Assembly (NCBI GenBank): GCA_045222555.1
Contig: JBGUYY010000072.1
Location: 67,347 to 131,346, forward strand
DNA: 64,000 bases
Direction: 5' to 3'
Source: Bacteroidales bacterium
Lineage (GTDB): Bacteria > Bacteroidota > Bacteroidia > Bacteroidales > WCHB1-69
The translations under genes and the position numbers were made by a program. How positions within the stretch are numbered: the first letter of the stretch is position 1; every line of letters starts with the position of its first letter. Below the pieces are notes generated by a model, which did not search any database, was not told the origin of the DNA, and saw only the letters and a list, made by a program, of their open reading frames with translations. Shown here in pieces: positions 48,932-55,560 of this stretch.

Positions 48932-48961
48932 TTTTATAAAAAAATCCGTGATTTTGCGTGA

Positions 48962-50050
48962 CTATTTCCAGTAGCGGGTTTCGAGATAGGTAAGCAGTTC
49001 TTTGTATTTTTCGTTACCTTTCAAGGGGGAGAGCAGGGCTTGGGGGTCGATGATACGGAATTTTGATTTGTCTTTCAAAGTTGGGATATATTTTACCTCA
49101 ATAGCATTTTTCAATTCAGTATGAGCATCTGGAACAACCATTATATGATGGAAATCCACAGCCTTAATTCCATTAATATCTTTTTGCTTTATGATTTGTT
49201 CCATCAGAAGAGTTTGTCGCATTAATTCATAATACGGATCTGCTTTGTACAAATCATCCCATTTTTTCAAATTAGACGTAGAGTCAATCAATTTGGGATA
49301 ACGATCTAAACTCTCTTCGTTGGCTTCTTTCCCATAGTAGGTTTCCGTATATTTCCATTCGATTGGTATTAGTATATTCTTATTATCCATCGTCTGAACA
49401 TACACCAGCGCATCTACAGATGTGCAATTTGCTCCTCGAGTTTCATAATTTTCGTGCAGCAAAGTTTTGTTTTTACAAACAAACTCAAATGAGATAAAAC
49501 CGTCATCTTTGTCAATGGGGGCTTGATATACTTTCTTTATTTTCAAACCTGTTGCATTTTCAATAATGACTTTAACTGCTGCATCGTCTTTTCTTAATGC
49601 AAAAAGATGATTAAGACAATGAATTTGTGAAGAAACAAGGTGTCCAGAAGGCAAATGTTTGGATTTGTTTTCTTTCCACCATACTATTTTCCCTTGTTCA
49701 AAGTACTTCAAACAATCATCCTGAATCTTTCCTAAAAGATTATATTTCCCGTTTTGAAGAACAAAATCACGTTTCTTCCCATCAAAATAGCCTTTGTTTT
49801 GGACAATTTTACTCAAATTCTTGTCATAGTATTGTAGCTGTTTTTTACGTTCCGAATAATAGTAATCTCTTGACATGGCTCTATTTAATTTATGACTACT
49901 ATTTAGATATATTAAATCATCTTTATATCCTTTTTTGAAACAACAAAAAGAGAATTCAATAAATTTGTCTTCTCCATTTTTATCTGCAAAAGCAAAAACA
50001 AATTTAGGACTTTCATTTGTGATTTCTAATGATTTATCAAGAATACCCAA
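48962..50050 (-). CDS. PD-(D/E)xK nuclease-like protein, downstream half of the module (no ATG; TTG start or continuation of the upstream ORF by frameshift)
   Basis: 362 aa. ..SVDALVYVQTMDNKNILIPIEWKYTE.. gives D..E-x-K spacing. AT-rich. First in-frame ATG is not until codon 59. Confidence 0.55.
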   Translation of the reverse strand: MGILDKSLEITNESPKFVFAFADKNGEDKFIEFSFCCFKKGYKDDLIYLNSSHKLNRAMSRDYYYSERKKQLQYYDKNLSKIVQNKGYFDGKKRDFVLQNGKYNLLGKIQDDCLKYFEQGKIVWWKENKSKHLPSGHLVSSQIHCLNHLFALRKDDAAVKVIIENATGLKIKKVYQAPIDKDDGFISFEFVCKNKTLLHENYETRGANCTSVDALVYVQTMDNKNILIPIEWKYTETYYGKEANEESLDRYPKLIDSTSNLKKWDDLYKADPYYELMRQTLLMEQIIKQKDINGIKAVDFHHIMVVPDAHTELKNAIEVKYIPTLKDKSKFRIIDPQALLSPLKGNEKYKELLTYLETRYWK

Positions 50051-50789
50051 GTCTTTTTTTTTGTTTTAGCAATTCCTTCATTTCTTTATAGAAATCACCC
50101 ATATTATCTCTCCCAATCGTACATTCATAACTGTCAATGTGATCCACTATTCCTGATTTCCCTTCAAGAGCGTTCAGTCCTTTTTTCAATTCAATTACTA
50201 TTAATTGACCTTTATGAATGGCGATGATGTCAAAGCGAGGTTTTTTCTTGTCTTTAACAGAACCATTATATTTAAAACTGGAGTCTGTACTTACCGCATA
50301 TTCCAAATCCAAAACCACATAATCGGTTTTTTTTCGATTAGCGAGAGCTATTTGCTGCTGTTCCTGTTTCTCTGCATGAGAAATGCCAAGTTGTTCATTA
50401 AGTGTCTCTTCCCAGTCGCGCATTATTTTTTTTGCTTGATTGAAATAGCATTCTACCTTTGAATGATCTAATGGAGAATTGGGATTCATCATCAAACCTT
50501 TCCTTTGCTCTACAAGTTTATCAATTATATGTTTTGCATCAACATCACCTTCCTTAGCCTTTGCTTGTAGATGTGTTTTACGTTCCTCATTACAATCTTT
50601 GTAGAAATAGAATTCATCAAGGTAGAAACTACGAGGATTGATTTTTAGAATATTTCCTCCCTGGTAATACACATTGATGTAGTTGTCTCTGATTTGCAAA
50701 TCCAGTTCGGAATCCGACAAAATGTACTCCAATAATGGTTTCCACTCTCCTTGGAGTCTTTTCATGAAACTGTCTGACAATTTTCTCAT
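50037..50789 (-). CDS. PD-(D/E)xK nuclease-like protein, upstream half of the module
   Basis: 250 aa. ..DYVVLDLEYAV..KKPRFDIIAIHKGQLIVIELKKG.. is the classic D..E-x-K core (compare YraN EVDLIA..FVEVKTR in this same window). Ends 5 codons after an A9 tract. Confidence 0.6.
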   Translation of the reverse strand: MRKLSDSFMKRLQGEWKPLLEYILSDSELDLQIRDNYINVYYQGGNILKINPRSFYLDEFYFYKDCNEERKTHLQAKAKEGDVDAKHIIDKLVEQRKGLMMNPNSPLDHSKVECYFNQAKKIMRDWEETLNEQLGISHAEKQEQQQIALANRKKTDYVVLDLEYAVSTDSSFKYNGSVKDKKKPRFDIIAIHKGQLIVIELKKGLNALEGKSGIVDHIDSYECTIGRDNMGDFYKEMKELLKQKKRLGYS

Positions 50790-50826
50790 AACTAATTATA
50801 ATTTAATAATTTAACATCTTAATAAT

Positions 50827-51174
50827 TTAATAATCCACACCACCGGCCTGATGCAACCGACAGGGTTCTTCTGTCTCCAACAATCCCTCCTCTTCCAAAA
50901 AAGTGTTGAAATCCGTATCGAAGACGATCTCCTCCGGCAGGGAAGGAATCTTGCTGCTTCCGGCAAAAATCTCCTCATTGGTCAGAAAAGCCTGCAGCCT
51001 TTTCATCAGGTGCGACTTGTTCTCCTCCACAAGCTCTAATACCGCGTCACTCAAAAAGTCGTGAAGCTCGTTTTGCAATTGTATCTTCTGTACCTCGCCG
51101 AATGACACATCGCTGGTTTCCAAATACGTTTCCCACTGCGGCATGTCATAACACAATTCAATCATTCCTTTCAT
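50827..51174 (-). CDS. Small acidic hypothetical protein
   Basis: Start set at MKGMIELCYDMPQWE because a -7 box at 51206-51213 lies inside the longer ORF. Glu/Asp-rich with no signal peptide. Confidence 0.45.
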   Translation of the reverse strand: MKGMIELCYDMPQWETYLETSDVSFGEVQKIQLQNELHDFLSDAVLELVEENKSHLMKRLQAFLTNEEIFAGSSKIPSLPEEIVFDTDFNTFLEEEGLLETEEPCRLHQAGGVDY

Positions 51175-51205
51175 ACTGCTTTTGCTTTTTCTGGATTTTC
51201 GGCTG

Positions 51206-51213
51206 CAAAGATA
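51206..51213 (-). promoter_or_regulatory. -7 box (reverse complement TATCTTTG) for the acidic-protein gene, possibly also the nuclease-like module
   Basis: Plus strand CAAAGATA, 32 nt upstream of ATG 51174. Confidence 0.45.
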
Positions 51214-51264
51214 TAGGGTTACTATGCCATTTTGTGACATAGTGATAAAAATTTAAAAGGGCAT

Positions 51265-51915
51265 TCATTCACAGCCATAAAAACGATCCGTCTCCCATTG
51301 CATCGGATTCCGCTCAATGTATAGGGCAATTTGGTTCATTTCTTCTCTGTTCCTTACAATGCGGTCGTGATACCGCGGTTGCCATGAAAAGGGAATTTGT
51401 CGGGCATTGGCGAATTTGGTAACAGCGGATTTGAACTGTCCGATAATATGCGATAATCGTCCGCAGCGATTTGCCCTGCGTTGCATTTCGGTGTCCTTCC
51501 CATCAGACGTGGAATTGCCGATTGTAGGGCTGTCACAATGTGGCAGCCCTACATTCCCGTTAATTTGTGCGTCTGTAGGGCTGTCATAATATGGCAGCCC
51601 TACAGATGGTGGCAGCCCTACAGATGGTGGCAGCCCTACAGATGATGGCAGCCCTACACCACCATCCAAAAAAATCACCATGTGGATATGGTTGGGCATA
51701 ACGACAAATAGCGGGATCTCCGCGTCGAGGTTTATTTCACTGATTTTCATTATACATTGGCTTGCGTACTTTCCCACATCTGTCAGTTGCATTGTTCCAT
51801 CAACAACTTCACCAAAAAAATGCAGCCGATCTTTCGTGCAAATGGTTACAAAGTATTCTGCGCCATTGTAATCGTGCCATTGGGCGCGGGGGGATTTTCT
51901 GTCGTGTAGTTTCAT
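51265..51915 (-). CDS. REP-associated tyrosine transposase (RAYT-2) with REP2 copies embedded in frame
   Basis: 216 aa. AQWHDYNGAEYFVTICTKDR, HUH VVMPNHIHMVIFL, IPFSWQPRYHDRIVRNREEMNQIALYIERNP. The internal GVGLPSSVGLPPSVGLPPSVGLPYYDSPT..GNVGLPHCDSPT is translated REP2. Confidence 0.85.
   Translation of the reverse strand: MKLHDRKSPRAQWHDYNGAEYFVTICTKDRLHFFGEVVDGTMQLTDVGKYASQCIMKISEINLDAEIPLFVVMPNHIHMVIFLDGGVGLPSSVGLPPSVGLPPSVGLPYYDSPTDAQINGNVGLPHCDSPTIGNSTSDGKDTEMQRRANRCGRLSHIIGQFKSAVTKFANARQIPFSWQPRYHDRIVRNREEMNQIALYIERNPMQWETDRFYGCE
51523..51658. repeat. REP2 array inside the RAYT-2 CDS: two 31-nt palindromes plus three 18-nt tandem half-sites
   Basis: TGTAGGGCTGTCACAATGTGGCAGCCCTACA (51523-51553). 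TGTAGGGCTGTCATAATATGGCAGCCCTACA (51574-51604). GATGGTGGCAGCCCTACA x2 plus GATGATGGCAGCCCTACA (51605-51658). Confidence 0.9.
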
Positions 51916-51960
51916 TATAGTTAGTTTAGCAAAGATTATATTTCATTCATCTACAGGTTT

Positions 51961-52028
51961 TGTAGGGCTGTCACAATGTGGCAGCCCTACAATCATAATA
52001 TGGAAGCCCTACAATATGGCGCCCTACA
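51961..52028. repeat. REP2 cluster upstream of RAYT-2 (one full palindrome plus two degenerate half-sites)
   Basis: TGTAGGGCTGTCACAATGTGGCAGCCCTACA (51961-51991), then ..atatggaagccctaca and atatggcgccctaca. Confidence 0.85.
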
Positions 52029-52033
52029 GGATG

Positions 52034-52651
52034 TCATAATGCGTCAACCCCACGTTGCAGCCTCTCCAAAAATCGGGCTGCGTCGCCACCGTCCATCTGC
52101 ACGTGGTGGAACTGGAACGACACGGGCAGCGTAGCCTTGAACCAGCGCTTGCGGTACTTGCCCCACATCACCATCGGGTTGAGGAACTTGTCGGTGTATT
52201 GGTTTACCACGCAGTCGAGCTCGGTCTGGATCATGGCGGAGGTGCCGACAATCATGTAGCCGTCGAGGAAGCTGCTCTGGCACTCTTCCGCCACCCGGGT
52301 GGTCAGTTCCAGATAGTCGCGGTTGAACTGCTGCAGGTCGGCGGAGAAGGGGATGTCGCACGAGTTGATGCCGCCCTTGCGGTTGCGCACCACCACGTTG
52401 ATGGCCATCTGGTCGTAGCGGAACAGCTTGCCGCCCTCGGGCAGCAGGTAGAGTTCCTCGGTTTCGGTGGCCGCCTTGCCGATGCACCAGCACATCAGTG
52501 TGTTGAACTTGACGTGCTGCTTTTTGCTGACCTTCAGCAAGTGGCTGACATTCATCGTTTTCACCAGTGTCACCATCGGCATCGGCGCATTCAGCCACAT
52601 CTCAAAGGCGAATGCCCGATTGGTCTCTTGCGGGTTGATTTCGTGTTTCAT
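52034..52651 (-). CDS. CatA-like (chloramphenicol acetyltransferase family) O-acetyltransferase
   Basis: 205 aa. ..FQFHHVQMDGGDAARFLERLQ matches the CAT catalytic HHxxxDG motif. Length typical of type A CAT. Confidence 0.7.
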   Translation of the reverse strand: MKHEINPQETNRAFAFEMWLNAPMPMVTLVKTMNVSHLLKVSKKQHVKFNTLMCWCIGKAATETEELYLLPEGGKLFRYDQMAINVVVRNRKGGINSCDIPFSADLQQFNRDYLELTTRVAEECQSSFLDGYMIVGTSAMIQTELDCVVNQYTDKFLNPMVMWGKYRKRWFKATLPVSFQFHHVQMDGGDAARFLERLQRGVDAL

Positions 52652-52706
52652 ATTTTTTCAAAAATCGCAATTTTTTCTTTTATAAAAAGGGTATGGGAAA
52701 ATAAAT

Positions 52707-53294
52707 TTATCGTATGAGGATTTCATTCCTATAGAATTCCCAGGTATCGGTGTGACCGTCAGGATAAGTGTAGCTCCATACTAACTCTTGCTCCGTAAGT
52801 TTAGCGAGGTGGAATTTGACCTCGCGCGCGATGCCACTGCGCACGTTCTGGATGATCGTGTTGACTAGCTCTTCGGCACGGTCGGGTTCTGAAAGGTACA
52901 CTCCAGGATCCATTTCCACCACTTCCATGCGGAAACTTTCCTCAATACCGGCAAAATAGAAGTCCTCTCCATCTAATCGCCAACGGCTCGGACTGATATA
53001 ATTGTACACACACGTCACTTTCCCACCATTGTTGAGAATAATCACATATTCCTGACGAGCGGAGTCCACCGCTGAGCCATCAGGGTAGAAATCCATGGTG
53101 CCAGTCTCGGAAGCGGTGATGTGCCCCTCCTTGGTGTCATAACTCCATCCGTGTTCGTAAGTGTAGTACCCCCACACCTGTTCGGAAGTGTTCCGCGTGG
53201 TGCGGCACGAGACCATCGCCAGCAAGAGCAGCGAAAAAGCAAGAAAACGTGTGATCTTATAACTTGACCCAATCATTAATTTCATTGAATTCAT
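52707..53294 (-). CDS. Hypothetical lipoprotein (lipocalin-like?)
   Basis: 195 aa. Lipobox LLLAMVSC. Confidence 0.45.
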   Translation of the reverse strand: MNSMKLMIGSSYKITRFLAFSLLLLAMVSCRTTRNTSEQVWGYYTYEHGWSYDTKEGHITASETGTMDFYPDGSAVDSARQEYVIILNNGGKVTCVYNYISPSRWRLDGEDFYFAGIEESFRMEVVEMDPGVYLSEPDRAEELVNTIIQNVRSGIAREVKFHLAKLTEQELVWSYTYPDGHTDTWEFYRNEILIR

Positions 53295-53304
53295 CTTTTA
53301 TACC

Positions 53305-53559
53305 TTATTCTGTTTGCTCCAGGGGTTTCTCTTCGTATGCGGACATGTCTTCGCCTGCCGCCCCCAGATGATAGTATAAGGTGGTATGCCAACTTTTCCC
53401 ATCAAATGTCCAATCAGCTTCTTCGCGGATCAGTTTTTTATCTTCATCAATAAAGTACTCTACTTTGTCGGGGTCAAAAAATTGTCTGCCGAGTGTCCCA
53501 GAGGGGATTTCCATCAGCACATCTCGTTTGTATAAGACAAATTTTCCTGGGGTGATCAT
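53305..53559 (-). CDS. Small hypothetical protein
   Basis: Start set at MITPGKFV, whose ATG overlaps the upstream stop (ATGA). Confidence 0.4.
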   Translation of the reverse strand: MITPGKFVLYKRDVLMEIPSGTLGRQFFDPDKVEYFIDEDKKLIREEADWTFDGKSWHTTLYYHLGAAGEDMSAYEEKPLEQTE

Positions 53560-53894
53560 GTCGTTTTTTTTTCGTGATAGACGACATATTGTTTGTTGCT
53601 CCATATTTCGCGGTCAGGGGTTAAGAGCCCCATTAAAAGCATAAGGGAAATTACATATACAGGTAGGCTGACGGCTGAAATGACGATGAGGGTCTGTAGT
53701 GCCCAGTGGAGTTTTCGTACGGCATAAAGCAACCACATCACACCATACGTGATGACTATAGCGAAGGTGGCAATATACAACCATCTGTCAAGCTGATAAT
53801 AGAGATGCATGGTGTTGAGAAACCATCTTAAAAATATTGATGCGGCTGTCAGTGCTGCTGCCAATATGCCGATAATTCTGCGTGTGATTACCAT
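53556..53894 (-). CDS. Small polytopic membrane protein (hypothetical)
   Basis: 112 aa with 3-4 hydrophobic helices. Confidence 0.45.
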   Translation of the reverse strand: MVITRRIIGILAAALTAASIFLRWFLNTMHLYYQLDRWLYIATFAIVITYGVMWLLYAVRKLHWALQTLIVISAVSLPVYVISLMLLMGLLTPDREIWSNKQYVVYHEKKTT

Positions 53895-53923
53895 TTTTTT
53901 ATAAATAATTAAAAATGAATGAA

Positions 53924-55381
53924 TTATGTATCAGCCTTCCCGCTTGTATTGTCTTCTTCTTTGGGTGAATGTCTGAAAATCTTGTACCCGATAAAGGCAA
54001 TGGTGATGGACATCAGGGGGGAGATGATGTTGAAGAAGCAGTAGGGAAGGTACTCCAAGGTAGGGACTTTCAGCACCATCGACTGTGTCATACCGCAGGT
54101 GTTCCATGGTACCAGCACCGAGGTGACGGTGGCGGAATCTTCGGTGGAACGGCTCAGCAGGCGACCTTCGTAGCCTTTGTCTTTATACAGCTGCTTGAAG
54201 ATGTTGCCTGTCAGCACGATGCTGAGGTACTGGTCGCCGGTGGCCATGTTGGCAAAGAGTCCCGTTCCCACGGTGGAGGTGACCAGCGAGCGGCGGCCGC
54301 TGATGCCGCGGGCCAATGCCGCCGTGATACTCCGCATCATGCCGCCGCCCGTCAGCGCTCCGCCGAAAGTGGAGGCACAGAAGATGAGAAACACTGTACT
54401 TAGCATCCCCTTCATGCCGCGGGTCTGCACCAGGCTGGTAAGCACGTCGTTGCCCGTGTCGATAGAGGTGCTGCTGTAGTAGGTGATCATCAGCGCACGG
54501 AAACTGCTGCCCTCGCCAATCTGTGTCACAATGTCGGACTGCACCACCAGCATGACAATGCCTGCCACCAAGGCCGACAAGAACAGGATGATGGCTGCCG
54601 GCAGCCGCAACGCGATGAGCACGGCGGTGAAGAGCGGCACCAGCAGCAGCCACGGACTGATGACAAAGCTGCTTTGCAGACCTTCGGCAAACGAGGCCGC
54701 CTGCGAACTTCCCCCACTTGCGTGGGTCAGGCTCGCCACAAGGAAGATGATCAGGGCGATGACGAACGAGGGGATGGTGGTGATGAGCATGTAACGGATA
54801 TGCTTGAAAAGCGGCACCTCGCCCACCGACGATGCCAGCACGGTGGTGTCGGAAAGCGGGGATATCTTGTCGCCGAAATAGGCACCCGAGATGATGGCGC
54901 CGGCAGTCCAGCCCACCGAGAAACCGTGTGCCGTGCCGATGCCGATGAGGGCGATGCCGACGGTGGCCACGGTGGTCCACGAGCTGCCCGTGACAAGCGA
55001 TACCAAGGCACAGATTAGGCATGCCATGAACAGGAACAACGACGGTGTGATGATCTTCATGCCGTAGTAGATCATGGTGGGGACAATCCCACTCAGCATC
55101 CAGCTGCCCGAGATGGCGCCGATGAGAAACAGAATCAGCACGGCGGTGCCGATGGTCTTGATGTTGTCGCCGATGGCTTCGCTGATGGTGGTCCATTTCA
55201 CCTTGTAGCCGACCATGGCGATGGCTACGGCCACAGCGGCAGCAAAAAGCAGGGCGGTCTGGCTGGCACCGTCGATGGCGTCGGAGCCAAACAGCCGGAT
55301 GACCAGCACCTGCAACACTACAAGCACCACGAAGGGCACGAGTGCGATGGTCCAATGGATGCGGGGTGGAGTGATGTTCAT
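53924..55381 (-). CDS. nhaC: Na+/H+ antiporter NhaC family
   Basis: 485 aa, polytopic. N-terminus and GxxxG-rich helices match my recollection of NhaC-family transporters. Confidence 0.8.
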   Translation of the reverse strand: MNITPPRIHWTIALVPFVVLVVLQVLVIRLFGSDAIDGASQTALLFAAAVAVAIAMVGYKVKWTTISEAIGDNIKTIGTAVLILFLIGAISGSWMLSGIVPTMIYYGMKIITPSLFLFMACLICALVSLVTGSSWTTVATVGIALIGIGTAHGFSVGWTAGAIISGAYFGDKISPLSDTTVLASSVGEVPLFKHIRYMLITTIPSFVIALIIFLVASLTHASGGSSQAASFAEGLQSSFVISPWLLLVPLFTAVLIALRLPAAIILFLSALVAGIVMLVVQSDIVTQIGEGSSFRALMITYYSSTSIDTGNDVLTSLVQTRGMKGMLSTVFLIFCASTFGGALTGGGMMRSITAALARGISGRRSLVTSTVGTGLFANMATGDQYLSIVLTGNIFKQLYKDKGYEGRLLSRSTEDSATVTSVLVPWNTCGMTQSMVLKVPTLEYLPYCFFNIISPLMSITIAFIGYKIFRHSPKEEDNTSGKADT

Positions 55382-55398
55382 GTTACATGATTAGGGCG

Positions 55399-55406
55399 CA
55401 AAAATA
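55399..55406 (-). promoter_or_regulatory. -7 box (reverse complement TATTTTTG) for nhaC
   Basis: Plus strand CAAAAATA, 18 nt upstream of ATG 55381. Confidence 0.5.
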
Positions 55407-55508
55407 AAACTTTTTTGGGTATGTGAAACAGCAAAGGAAAGGTTTTTTTTGCAGGCAGAGGAACGCTTTTTTCTTTGAAAAATCCATTATTTATAAAGAG
55501 AAAAGTTG

Positions 55509-55516
55509 TATCTTTG
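55509..55516 (+). promoter_or_regulatory. -7 box TATCTTTG upstream of the PPIase operon
   Basis: TAnnTTTG match 45 nt before ATG 55561. Confidence 0.5.
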
Positions 55517-55560
55517 CCATTTGAAAATTTTGTATTTTGGTAATTAATAAATTATTGATA

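Noticed and set aside
51605-51658. Regularly spaced GGCAGCCCTACA repeats that superficially resemble a CRISPR array
   Set aside because: The period is only 18 nt with no unique spacers. The units are half-sites of the REP2 palindrome, they lie inside an open reading frame, and no cas genes are present.
53556-53604. A9 tract (plus-strand T9 at 53564-53572) between two overlapping minus-strand ORFs, initially considered a second frameshifted gene
   Set aside because: The upstream stop and an ATG (MITPGKF..) form a canonical ATGA overlap at 53556-53559. Two translationally coupled genes therefore explain the arrangement without a frameshift. A +1 A slip would fuse them, so it stays a minor caveat.
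54183-55355. 390-aa ORF in an alternative minus-strand frame of nhaC
   Set aside because: It overlaps the polytopic NhaC frame out of phase and is an Arg/His/Gly-rich artefact.
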